The position numbers and the translations under genes are program-made. From an uncultured virus (IMG/VR IMGVR_UViG_3300042453_001749) (taxonomy: Duplodnaviria; Heunggongvirae; Uroviricota; Caudoviricetes), in the IMG/VR virus record IMGVR_UViG_3300042453_001749: a DNA stretch of 64,000 nt. The stretch is one strand, 5' to 3'. Below are positions 15,801-25,657 of this stretch, in pieces; position 1 is the first letter of the stretch; every line of letters begins with the position of its first letter. The notes below the pieces were generated by a model, which made no database searches, was not told the DNA's origin, and was given only the letters and a program-made list of their open reading frames with translations.

Positions 15801-18800
15801 TCAGTAGGATCTACTAATAAAGATTTTTACTATCAAACAAAACAATATATTAATTTAACATCAAAAGGATCTGGTATTCATAGATTTAATTATGAACCAA
15901 TAACAGTATCAGTTTCTGGTATTTTAGGATTTTCTACATCTCCAGATAATTTGTATCAAGCAATTTTACAACCAAAATTCAGGGGAGAAATTGTTTCTGT
16001 TAATTTAATATCTGGTGGAACTTCATATGGTTCGGATAATATTCTTAATTTTAACAGACAACCCGTTTTTCAACTGAATAGCGGATCTTCTGCAACATTA
16101 ATTCCAATCATTTCTAATGGTAGAATTACTGAAGTATTAGTAAACTCTCCAGGATATGGTTATAATTCACCACCAGATTTATTAATAGATGGTGATGGGA
16201 ATGGAGCTATATTAACTCCAGTATTGAGTAACGGAATCATTAGTAGGATAGTTGTAGTTAATGGTGGATATGGTTATTCTTCAGGTAAAACGTCCGTCGT
16301 TGTTATCCCATCTGGATCAGAAGCACAGTTTTCTGCAAAGATCAAATCTTGGAATGTAAATATTTTTGAAAGAATGTATGATTCAAATCAATTAACAATA
16401 GATGATGGAGTCATTGCAGGTGGGTTAAATTCAAGATATGGATTACAATATTCTCATGTATATGCAGCTAGATCTTTAAGAAAAATACTTAAGGCAACTA
16501 AAACAGGACAGGATGGTGATATTATTACAAGACCAGATTTAGATGCAGATTCTGATCCAAATAATACTTACCACTCACCGATAATTGGTTGGGCTTATGA
16601 TGGAAATCCAATTTATGGACCATATGGATACTTAAATGATGCTGGCGGATTTGTAACTAGAATGAAATCCAGTTACACTTTGAATTTGTCTCCAAACAGA
16701 CCTGGAGGATTTCCAAGAGGATTCTTTGTAGAAGACTATTCATATAATTATCCAATAGGTGAAGATTATCTAGATGAACATAATGGAAGATATTGCATAA
16801 CTCCAGAATTTCCAAATGGTGTTTATGCATACTTTGCAACTATTTCAAATGGATCTCCAGATACTGATGGTGCATTTAGAAACCAAAGAAGACCAACTTT
16901 CCCATATATTATTGGAAATACTTATAAATCTAAACCAGAAATATTTAATTATCAAATAGATTCAAATCAAAATGATATTGATTTGAATACAACTTCCTGG
17001 TCTAGAAATACTAAACCATATAATTTAACTGAAAAAAATAGTAGTTATGATTATCTGGTAAATCCAATCAAATTGCAAAAAGAAAATGCTGAGATTGTAA
17101 GTACATCTAGAGGAAAAATAGATTCTGTAAAAATTATATCCCCTGGACAAGATTATCAGGTAGGAGATAGAGTAATATTTAATAACGCTAATACTTCTGG
17201 AAATGGAGCTTCAGCAAAAGTTTCTGAAATTTCTGGTAAATTAGTAAACACTGTTAGCGTTGCTACAAGCACACTTAACAACGTTACTTTCATTCCATAT
17301 GGAGATCAAAAAACTTTCATTGGTATAGTTACAGTTCAGCATAATTATTTAAATAATACTCCCATTATCATTTCAGGATTAAGCACTTCAAATACAGATT
17401 TAAATGGGGTAAAATATATTCAAGTAAAATCTTCAACATTAGTTTTGAATGTTGGTGTAAGTTCTGCTGGCGCTACTGGAATCGTTACAACATTTAAAAT
17501 TAGTGGAGATTTATCCAATGCTAATTTAATTGAAAATGATGTTCTAGGAATTGGTACGGAGAAAGTTAGAATATTAAAAGTTAATAGACCTAGATTAGAG
17601 GTCCTTGTTGAAAGAGAATATGAAAATACTGTAGGATCATCTCATTCTCAATTTTCAGTTCTAACAGAATTTCCTAGAAAATTTTATGTTAGTTCGGGAG
17701 TTAATACTAGTTTAAATTATAGAAGAAATAAGCAAGTATTTTTTGAACCTGAAATTTCTGTTGGAGTAGGAACTACTTCTGGAGTTGGAATTAGTTCAAC
17801 TTTATTGCTCGGTATTATTGAGTATAATACTCCAGTTAGTATTGGAACCAGTTCTCAGACTATTTTAATTTTCAATAATCCTTTAGATATTGATCAATAT
17901 GTATCTGGGGGATATATTAGAATTTCTGATTCTACAACTGCCGTTGGAATGGCGAGTACCGCATTCCATACAACATTCTCCAAAATTGTTGCAGTTGGAA
18001 ATACTTCAATAACTATTGATTTTAATTCTTCTACTCTTAATGGTATTGGGGTTACAGCGTTTGTTGATAAGTTCAAAACTTCTGATATACCAACAAAAAC
18101 AATTTTTATTCCAAATCATGAATTAGAAACTGGAACAGAAGTTACTTATGAAACTGATGGATCTGCTTTATCAGTTTCATTAAATGGGTATTCAAATATT
18201 CAACCTTTGTCCGATTTTAGTTCTTTATTTGTATTGAAAATAAATGAGAACCTTATTGGACTAGCGACATCGAGAGTTGGTCTTGGATCAACTGGTTCAG
18301 TTGTTGGATTGAGCACGTTAACTTCGATTGATACTCTTTTCTTTAATGGAATTGGAACTTCCAGAAATCATAGTTTTGTGACGAATTATAATAATGTTTT
18401 AACTGGAAAGGTTACTACCCACAAAGCTACAGTTTCTACTGCATCGACGCATGGATTAAAAGTTCTAGATAAAGTTAATATTGATGTTGTTTCTGGATTA
18501 TCCACCACTATTGTTGTTGAATATAACTCAACAAACAGAAGAATGGTTATTAACCCAAGTTCTTTTGCTTCTGGGGATGTTAATATTGCAAATGATACTA
18601 TAGCAATTAATAATCATGGATATTATAATGGTCAAAAGGTAATTTATACCACATCCTCTACTGGAATTGGTGGATTAGAAAACAATGGAATTTATTTTGT
18701 AATTGTATATGATGAAAATAATATTCGTTTAGCATCATCATATTATAATGCTACTAGTGTTATTCCAACATACATTAATTTAACCTCAGCATCTTCTGGG

Positions 18801-21800
18801 AAAATTCTTCCAATCAATCCAAAATTAACTATTTTCAAAAATCAAACAATTAATTTTGATTTATCAAGTTCTTCTTTATCCTTCTCTGGACTTTCAGCAT
18901 TTGATTTTGATATTTTTTATGGTTCGGGATTAAATCATATTTTCAAATCTGATGAAAAGAATTCAATCTTTGAAGTTGTAAAAACTGGGACTATTGGATT
19001 TACAACTGCAGTATCTGCTAACCTCCAATTAAAGTTAACAGAAGATACTCCTAAGATACTATACTATGGATTATCTCCCTCAAATTTACTATCAAATTCT
19101 CCAGATAATTTAGGTATTATAAGAGATACTGAAGTCTTTGATGCAAATGCTATAGAGATTCAAAATAGTTTATATTCTGGAACTAATACAATTGTTGGGG
19201 TTACTACAAATACTTTCACATATAATTTAATTCAATCTCCAGAAAAGCAAAGTTACACCAATTTATCAAATTCAAACTGTACATATTCGACAAATTCAGC
19301 ATCAGCATCTGGTCCTATTTCTAAAATAGAAGTTACCAGTGGTGGGTATGGATACAGATCAACTCCAGGAATTTCTTCAGTTATTACTAAGAATGGATCT
19401 TCTGCTACTTTAGTTCCATTTGGAGTTGGAATTGGATCTATACTTTCTATAAGATTTAATGATATTGGATATGATTATTCAGCAGATAAAACTTTAAGAC
19501 CCACTGCAAATCTTCCACAAATATTAAAAGTAAGTCCGCTTTCAGAATTTTCAAGAATTGGAATCACTTCATCTGGAAAATATTATACTAAGGCACCTTC
19601 CTTGGTTGTTATTGATGGTATTTTAAATACTCAGATTAAAGATGTAGATCTTTTCTATAAACTTGGTGATACTGAAGTTTCTATTGCTAGAAACACTACA
19701 ACAATGAGATTTGCTACTCCAAGTATCATTCCTATTAATAATAGTAATGCAATTAAACTCACTTCTTTAGTTTATAACGCAGGTGTCGGTATTGTTACCG
19801 CTGGAATAGCAGTAAGTTATAGTGACGCAGAGAATTTTCCATTCTCTGTTGGGGATAAGATCCTAATAGAAAAATCTTCTATCATTCCTGGAACTGGAAC
19901 TGGTTATAATTCTTCAGATTACGAATATAAACTATTCACAGTAGTATCCACAGATCCAAATATTGGTGGTGAAAATGGAACCATAAGTTATTATATTGGA
20001 GACGTTCTAGAAGGATCCAATACTCCTGGAACTTTTGATCCATTAAATTCAATTGCATCTGCAGTTCCTGAAAAGTTTTTCCCCAAATTTAATTCGGAGA
20101 TAAAGAAAAAGGAATTTTATGATAGAGAAATTGTAAAAACTAATGATGGATTTACTGGAACTGTTGTAAAATGGGACGAGCAAAATAGTTATCTGAAGGT
20201 AAATTCTGTAGATAATTTTACTGTTGGAAGTTTAATTACTGGAGATTCTTCTAGAACTAATGCGTTTGTTGAAGAAATTACTAGATTCAAATCTAAGTAC
20301 AGTGTTGATTCATCTTCAGTTGTAAAAGGTGGGTTTGCTAAAGAAACTGGATTCTTAAATAATGACCTACAAAAACTATCAGATAATGACTATTATCAGA
20401 ACTTTGCATATGCTGTTAAGTCAACTGTTCCTTTAGATATTTGGGATGATGCAGTTCAAAGTTTAAATCACACGCTAGGGTTTAAAAAGTTTAGTGATTT
20501 ATCAATTGAATCAAAAGATGCGAATTCAATTGGTATTGCTACTGCTCAGGATGGTGGGTTAGTGGAAGGAATTAATGATATAGTTACTGTGATTGATTTA
20601 AATTGTGTAAACGATTTTGATCTTGCATCTGAGATTACACTAAACATTAATGGTGAACTTAATTCCGAAACAGTAATCTTTGATTCTAGAATATTACAAG
20701 ATTATTCCGAAGCAGTTTCAAATAGAGTATTAGTAATTGATGATATTAGCAATCAATTTGAAGACAGACCAAGAGTTGAAAATTATAGTGTAGTTGAAGA
20801 ATTTGATTTAGATAGTGCTATTTCTAGAAAGTACTTAACATTTGTACAAGATAAGAGATTTTCTAATAAAAAGCAACTGTTATTCTTATCTTTACTGCAA
20901 GATGGTGTAACTGGATATATCAATCAATATGGTAGATTATTCACCGATGAAGATCTTGGAAATTTTGATTATCAAATTTCTAGTGAAAATAAGGGTCAAT
21001 TAGTCTTTTATCCAACAAATTATGCAGTTAATGATTACTTGATAAACGTAGTATCATATAATCTTGGATATTTTGATATTGATAATTATTCAGCATCATT
21101 TGATCTTGGAGATACCGTACAAATAAAAGCCAATCAAATTGAATTCGTAACTGGAATTACAACGTCAATCGTAAGTATTTCTTCAACATATAGAGCATCA
21201 AAAGTTTTTGTTCAAGTAGATTCTGGAAATGATTTAGAATTTAATGAACTAACAGTTATTCATGATGGAACTAATGTGTCCATACTTGAATATGGGCAAA
21301 TAACAGATCAAACTTCATTAACTTCCCCTGGGCTGGGAACTTTTAGTGGATCAATTACTGGTTCCAATTTAGTTTTACAGTTCACCCCAAATTCTGGAAT
21401 TGCGGGAACTATCACAACTTTAAGAGTTTCCATTGCAAATACTTCATCCAGTGGAGTTGGAACTGATAAACTAAGAAACTCCGAACTTGATTCAAGAATA
21501 ACCTCCATTGCCTCTACTTCATCTCCAGGAATATCTACAGTTTCATCATATGTTCAAGAAAACCTAGAAGAAAAGTATAACGCTGCTTATTTTATTGTAA
21601 GTGTTGAAGATAAAACCAATTCCGAAAGTGAAATTGTTGAGGTGTTAACAATAGATGACGGAACAAATGCTTATATTACGGAATATGGAAACCTAAGAAC
21701 TTCTTCGGGACTTGGAACTTTTGGCGTTGGGATAGCAAATTCAATTACCAATCTACACTTTACTCCAAAATCAAATATTGATGTTGAGGTAAGAGTGTTT

Positions 21801-24800
21801 AAACATGCAATTGGTACACTCAATCCACCAAACTCCAATGGTATTATAAGTATCGATCAAGCAAGTTTAATTGTTGGATCTGGTGCATATATTGGGACAT
21901 CTAATGTAAACACAACATTTGGTTTGTATCATAAGAACAATCCAATCTTTGAAAGAGAATTTGTTGGATCTTCGTCTACTGTTGTTTCTATTGCAGATGA
22001 TACAATCTTCATTCCAAATCACTATTTTGTAACTGGTGAAGAAATTGAGTATCGTCTCCCCGAAAATACGGAAGAGCAACCAATTGGAATTGCTACAACT
22101 TCTTTCGTTGGAATAGGAACTACTGATAAATTACCATCATTGGTTTATGCAATTAAGCAGGATGATAGATTTATTAAACTTGCAACATCTGCTGAAAATG
22201 CTCTTAAAGATATTCCACTTGCTATTGATATCACTAGTGTTGGTATTGGTTCCAGACATAAATTCATTGCAAAAAATCAAAATAGCAAGTCATTAGTCAC
22301 TATTGATAATGTTATCCAAGCACCTGTTTACAACACCACTATTAAAACAAGCTTAGCATCCACTGCAACAGTTTTTGTGGATACATTAGATTTTGTAGGT
22401 GTAAGTAGTTTTGCAGCTGGAAATCTTATTAAAATTAACAATGAGATAATGAAGATTCAGTCAATTTCTGGAACCTCAGTTGGGGTTCTCAGATATAGAC
22501 TTGGTACTGAATTAGAACGTCATGGTTTAGGAAGCACGATTACTAAACTAAATGGAAATTATAACATTGTTGATAATAATCTAACTTTTGACGAAACTCC
22601 ATATGGTGAACGACCACTTCCAGACCCTCAGAATGGAAATGAATTAGATTGGGTTGGAGTCACAACACACTCTACATTTAGTGGTCGTATATTTACAAGA
22701 TCTGGGGAACCACAAAGTACTAATAAAGCTTATTATGATAATATCATATATGATGACATTTCTTCTAATTTTAATGGAATTACCACAACATTTATTTTAA
22801 AATCAGATGGTCAAAATGTTACTGGAGTAACAACGAATAATCCTATTGTTTTAATTGATAATATTTTCCAAAATATTCAAAGAGTTGATACCGCTATTGA
22901 TGTTGTTGGTAACTATGATCTTGATGAAAATCATGGATCTGGGATCAGCACAATAATGTTCCTTGGTCAAACTGGGATACAAACTTCTGATATCAATGTG
23001 TCTAGAATTCCATATGGTGGTGTTTTATATGGTCTCGGATCCACCGAAGGGTTTGGATATCAACCATTAATCTCTGCTGGAGCAACAATTTCAGTTTCTA
23101 TAGCAAATACAATTACAAGCATCAGTATTGGAAATAGTGGATCTGGATACAGATCTGGAATACAAACAACAGTTAACGTATATGCTAAAAATTCATATAC
23201 GTTAGAAAACCGAGTTAGTATTGGAACAGCAGCAATAAGTCTAGGTAGGGTAGTTGGTATTGCGATAACGAATCCATCACCAACAGGAATTGCTCTTACT
23301 GAGTATCCAATTGTCGGAAATACATTTATTTCAACCTCTATTGGAGTTGGATCTACAATTTTATACATTAGCAATCCAAAATATATTTTAATTGGCGATT
23401 ATGTTAGTGTTGATGATCTAATAATCAATGCTTTAGTTGTTGGTGTTGCTTCAACTTCAATTACAATTGGAAGTGGTAGTACGATAGGTTCTTCAATTAC
23501 AACTGGAGAAACTGTTTATATTAAAAAGTTTGCATCACCAGACATTACATTTGATTCCCCAGTTGGATATGCGAGAATACCTTTGGTATATTCGCCAAGT
23601 TCTACTTCTGGAGTCGGAACTGGGGCTTATGTTGATATAATTGTAGGTCAGGGATCTAGTGTTATAGACTTTAATGTTGTTAATAGCGGATTTGGTTACA
23701 AAGAAGGAGAAATTTTAACTATTCCTAGCGGAGGATCTGTTGGAATTCCAACAGATTTAACTAAGACATTTAAAGAATTCCAAATTTTTGTCGATAAAAC
23801 ATTTAATAATGACTTTAGTGCTTGGTCTCTTGGAGAACTTCAATTAATTGATGATATTTCTGGTGCATTTAATGGTTCTAGAACTAGATTTACATTAAAA
23901 GTAGATGGAAAGACAACTTCATTTACAACTAGAAAAGGATCAAATATTGATATTCAAGCAACTTTACTAGTATTCTTAAATGATATCTTACAAGTTCCTG
24001 GAGAAGCATATTTCTTCACTGGAGGAAGTGTAATTACTTTTGCAGAACCTCCAAAAGGTGCTAATGAAGATTATTCGTCTGGTGGAGATACTTGCAAAAT
24101 TCTATACTATAGAGGAACAAAGGATGTTGATGTCGTTGATGTTGATATTCTTGAAACCATTAAAATTGGAGATGATATTACGCTTACAAGTGATGAACAA
24201 TCTCTTGAAGAAGAAGAAAGACTCGTCACTCTCGTAGATTCAACATCTAGTGTTGAAACAAATGCATATAGTGGTCCTGGAGTAACTACAGATCCTAATC
24301 TGCAAAGACCAGTTTACTGGTGCAGACAAACTGAGGATAGAATCGTTAATGGAAGAGAGGTTGGAAAGGATAGAATTCTTTATGAACCAATCATCAATCC
24401 ATTGACCAACATTATATCAAATGTTGGATTAACAACTTCATATGTTTATGTTTCAAGTGTAAAACCATTCTTTAACAGCAGTAAAGAGAACATTGGATCT
24501 CGTTTTGCAAACAAAATTGAGATCTATAATCCTGAAGAAGTATTAGCAGGAGCATCCGCTAGTATTACTGTTAGTGCTGCTGGAACTATTACAAACATTA
24601 GTATCGCAAGTAGTGGTAGAGGTTATTCATCCGCTCCTGCAGTGATCATTGGAGAACCTTATGGAATTGGAAAAACGCAAAGAGCAACTGCAACCTCAAC
24701 TATAACATCTGGTTTTGTTACAACAATAACTTTGGTAAATCCTGGTGCTGGTTATTCTTATGGTGGAGTATCTAATGTAAGCATCAGTAATACTTTCTTT

Positions 24801-25637
24801 GGGCAAGGATGGCCAACTCTCAGTACAGATACTTATAGTGCTATTAGACTTTCGACTGATATTGGAACTGGATTTAATGCTATTGCGGATATTAAGATAG
24901 ATTTGATTAATAAGAAACCACTATCACTTACAATTGTAGAATCTGGTAATAATTATCAGGTTGGGGATGTTTTAAGTGTTTCTAGAATTGGTGAAGTTGT
25001 TCTTTCAACTCCTGCACAATTCTTTGTTACTGAAATTGAAAAACCAATAGTGTTCATTGAACCACCAGATGTTAATCAAAAGGAAATAATTGAAGGTGTA
25101 ACCTTTGAGGGTGATTATGGAATCATAACTGGAGTTGCAAGTACATCAGTTGGTGTAGCATCAACTGGATTAGTTTTTGATCTTTTTATACCAGAATATT
25201 CTGTTATCAGAGATGGGAATATAAACACTGGAATTGGAACTACTGGCGTCAGTGGACTTGGAACTGGATATTACTTTGTAGTCACAAATTCAAATATAGG
25301 TTCAGGAATAACATCCTATGATTTGAGTGGTAATGTTATTGGAGTTGGAACTTCTTGCATAGACAATATCTATCAAGTTGCAGATATTCAATACGCTAAC
25401 AGAAACGCTCTGGGTGTTGGATCAACTAATCTTCTTAGAGTTACCGTTAATGTTTCAAATAATAGCATTTCTGGTTTGGGTTCAAGTGATTTCTTTGGTG
25501 AATTTAGTTGGGGTAGAATTTATACACCATCAAGGAAATCTCCAAAAGAACATTTATCAAATGGTTTCTCTGGAATAGACACATCTCCAGTTGTAAGAAG
25601 ATTGAATCCTCTAAAATATGAACTATACCGACTATAA
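12855..25637 (+). CDS. g7: Giant (4260 aa) gp7-like baseplate wedge initiator / virion structural protein
   Basis: Lies between g6 and g8; N-terminal FYSSKGTDNSFKILF and internal DNDYYQNFAYAVKS gp7-like motifs; many repeat domains. Confidence 0.75.
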   Translation: MTNTRVKISSILESQLPEFIREEFPLVKEFFTQYYESVDHQGAPVDILQNIDKYVKVEEITNLTQSTTLKNDIEYYNTTIDVESTQGFPQKYGLLQIDDEIITYGNKTDTSFIDCSRGFSGITSYRNGNTSENLIFSTSQASSHTKDSRVKNLSVVFLNEFLTKVKKQFSPGFESRTLDPNLDQNLFIKQSKDFYSSKGTDNSFKILFQALYNKNVEIIKPREYMFRPSDARYRVTRDIIIEPISGDPLSLLNKTLKQDVSDYSSKAFGSIAYVEKFTKDSRDYYYLNLDYEFNKDIDLSGSVFGNFSIHPKTSVINVDTIALGSNTLDVDSTVGFPNSGSLILTGFVYDDGELVGIFDQTVTYGSKTLTQFLNCQNVPELIKTNKYEVRIDDYAYGTNDDGEQVTVRVCGSLSDIELETNTYFYNSGDDITNIVLGQYKPGVKENDWLVNLSTTYNVQNIVEDSNIPTYRITTYDSNSISRFDNVNLNTTTGLSIGAKVISVLDSRTFMIGELSSTSFIVSTVESVTRKLSKVETFGNQTIGNFSANVQNVYFDNDDVYVASPSLPKYEERLDIRSFKISTVSGSYQDSESLTVNFHPFYTGDAIYYSGVSTSNRLNILDGVYFVKKIDDKTVRLAKSRSNIDNNIFVSITGDITNNIIELHEFKSQTLEPQNLIRKISTPINDTKTYPTESGFVGILKNGVEVLNYKSKDYVYYGNIEDVEVTSSGKNYDVINPPILTISDKVGTGASAVVSVTGSLQEIQIIDSGFDYIQEPVISISGGNGSGARVSANLLSVDHKVTFNSSGLSTSVDVINSIIGFTSYHKFRDGEKVVYETNGQTAVAGLVTNSTYFVSVQTPSSIRLYKTYNDAIAKSSNYVGIGSTYGDGNHTFRASLKKKVISSINVEDGGSGYSSNETIINTLDLNSYNDVIFSDDLLRIKNHGYESGEVVVYNPPASPIGGLSSTSYYVTKIDDNHFKLSQVSVGSTNKDFYYQTKQYINLTSKGSGIHRFNYEPITVSVSGILGFSTSPDNLYQAILQPKFRGEIVSVNLISGGTSYGSDNILNFNRQPVFQLNSGSSATLIPIISNGRITEVLVNSPGYGYNSPPDLLIDGDGNGAILTPVLSNGIISRIVVVNGGYGYSSGKTSVVVIPSGSEAQFSAKIKSWNVNIFERMYDSNQLTIDDGVIAGGLNSRYGLQYSHVYAARSLRKILKATKTGQDGDIITRPDLDADSDPNNTYHSPIIGWAYDGNPIYGPYGYLNDAGGFVTRMKSSYTLNLSPNRPGGFPRGFFVEDYSYNYPIGEDYLDEHNGRYCITPEFPNGVYAYFATISNGSPDTDGAFRNQRRPTFPYIIGNTYKSKPEIFNYQIDSNQNDIDLNTTSWSRNTKPYNLTEKNSSYDYLVNPIKLQKENAEIVSTSRGKIDSVKIISPGQDYQVGDRVIFNNANTSGNGASAKVSEISGKLVNTVSVATSTLNNVTFIPYGDQKTFIGIVTVQHNYLNNTPIIISGLSTSNTDLNGVKYIQVKSSTLVLNVGVSSAGATGIVTTFKISGDLSNANLIENDVLGIGTEKVRILKVNRPRLEVLVEREYENTVGSSHSQFSVLTEFPRKFYVSSGVNTSLNYRRNKQVFFEPEISVGVGTTSGVGISSTLLLGIIEYNTPVSIGTSSQTILIFNNPLDIDQYVSGGYIRISDSTTAVGMASTAFHTTFSKIVAVGNTSITIDFNSSTLNGIGVTAFVDKFKTSDIPTKTIFIPNHELETGTEVTYETDGSALSVSLNGYSNIQPLSDFSSLFVLKINENLIGLATSRVGLGSTGSVVGLSTLTSIDTLFFNGIGTSRNHSFVTNYNNVLTGKVTTHKATVSTASTHGLKVLDKVNIDVVSGLSTTIVVEYNSTNRRMVINPSSFASGDVNIANDTIAINNHGYYNGQKVIYTTSSTGIGGLENNGIYFVIVYDENNIRLASSYYNATSVIPTYINLTSASSGKILPINPKLTIFKNQTINFDLSSSSLSFSGLSAFDFDIFYGSGLNHIFKSDEKNSIFEVVKTGTIGFTTAVSANLQLKLTEDTPKILYYGLSPSNLLSNSPDNLGIIRDTEVFDANAIEIQNSLYSGTNTIVGVTTNTFTYNLIQSPEKQSYTNLSNSNCTYSTNSASASGPISKIEVTSGGYGYRSTPGISSVITKNGSSATLVPFGVGIGSILSIRFNDIGYDYSADKTLRPTANLPQILKVSPLSEFSRIGITSSGKYYTKAPSLVVIDGILNTQIKDVDLFYKLGDTEVSIARNTTTMRFATPSIIPINNSNAIKLTSLVYNAGVGIVTAGIAVSYSDAENFPFSVGDKILIEKSSIIPGTGTGYNSSDYEYKLFTVVSTDPNIGGENGTISYYIGDVLEGSNTPGTFDPLNSIASAVPEKFFPKFNSEIKKKEFYDREIVKTNDGFTGTVVKWDEQNSYLKVNSVDNFTVGSLITGDSSRTNAFVEEITRFKSKYSVDSSSVVKGGFAKETGFLNNDLQKLSDNDYYQNFAYAVKSTVPLDIWDDAVQSLNHTLGFKKFSDLSIESKDANSIGIATAQDGGLVEGINDIVTVIDLNCVNDFDLASEITLNINGELNSETVIFDSRILQDYSEAVSNRVLVIDDISNQFEDRPRVENYSVVEEFDLDSAISRKYLTFVQDKRFSNKKQLLFLSLLQDGVTGYINQYGRLFTDEDLGNFDYQISSENKGQLVFYPTNYAVNDYLINVVSYNLGYFDIDNYSASFDLGDTVQIKANQIEFVTGITTSIVSISSTYRASKVFVQVDSGNDLEFNELTVIHDGTNVSILEYGQITDQTSLTSPGLGTFSGSITGSNLVLQFTPNSGIAGTITTLRVSIANTSSSGVGTDKLRNSELDSRITSIASTSSPGISTVSSYVQENLEEKYNAAYFIVSVEDKTNSESEIVEVLTIDDGTNAYITEYGNLRTSSGLGTFGVGIANSITNLHFTPKSNIDVEVRVFKHAIGTLNPPNSNGIISIDQASLIVGSGAYIGTSNVNTTFGLYHKNNPIFEREFVGSSSTVVSIADDTIFIPNHYFVTGEEIEYRLPENTEEQPIGIATTSFVGIGTTDKLPSLVYAIKQDDRFIKLATSAENALKDIPLAIDITSVGIGSRHKFIAKNQNSKSLVTIDNVIQAPVYNTTIKTSLASTATVFVDTLDFVGVSSFAAGNLIKINNEIMKIQSISGTSVGVLRYRLGTELERHGLGSTITKLNGNYNIVDNNLTFDETPYGERPLPDPQNGNELDWVGVTTHSTFSGRIFTRSGEPQSTNKAYYDNIIYDDISSNFNGITTTFILKSDGQNVTGVTTNNPIVLIDNIFQNIQRVDTAIDVVGNYDLDENHGSGISTIMFLGQTGIQTSDINVSRIPYGGVLYGLGSTEGFGYQPLISAGATISVSIANTITSISIGNSGSGYRSGIQTTVNVYAKNSYTLENRVSIGTAAISLGRVVGIAITNPSPTGIALTEYPIVGNTFISTSIGVGSTILYISNPKYILIGDYVSVDDLIINALVVGVASTSITIGSGSTIGSSITTGETVYIKKFASPDITFDSPVGYARIPLVYSPSSTSGVGTGAYVDIIVGQGSSVIDFNVVNSGFGYKEGEILTIPSGGSVGIPTDLTKTFKEFQIFVDKTFNNDFSAWSLGELQLIDDISGAFNGSRTRFTLKVDGKTTSFTTRKGSNIDIQATLLVFLNDILQVPGEAYFFTGGSVITFAEPPKGANEDYSSGGDTCKILYYRGTKDVDVVDVDILETIKIGDDITLTSDEQSLEEEERLVTLVDSTSSVETNAYSGPGVTTDPNLQRPVYWCRQTEDRIVNGREVGKDRILYEPIINPLTNIISNVGLTTSYVYVSSVKPFFNSSKENIGSRFANKIEIYNPEEVLAGASASITVSAAGTITNISIASSGRGYSSAPAVIIGEPYGIGKTQRATATSTITSGFVTTITLVNPGAGYSYGGVSNVSISNTFFGQGWPTLSTDTYSAIRLSTDIGTGFNAIADIKIDLINKKPLSLTIVESGNNYQVGDVLSVSRIGEVVLSTPAQFFVTEIEKPIVFIEPPDVNQKEIIEGVTFEGDYGIITGVASTSVGVASTGLVFDLFIPEYSVIRDGNINTGIGTTGVSGLGTGYYFVVTNSNIGSGITSYDLSGNVIGVGTSCIDNIYQVADIQYANRNALGVGSTNLLRVTVNVSNNSISGLGSSDFFGEFSWGRIYTPSRKSPKEHLSNGFSGIDTSPVVRRLNPLKYELYRL

Positions 25638-25640
25638 ATA
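25633..25640 (+). promoter_or_regulatory. T4-type late promoter
   Basis: TATAAATA upstream of g8. Confidence 0.75.
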
Positions 25641-25657
25641 GAAAAAAAACTGCAAAA

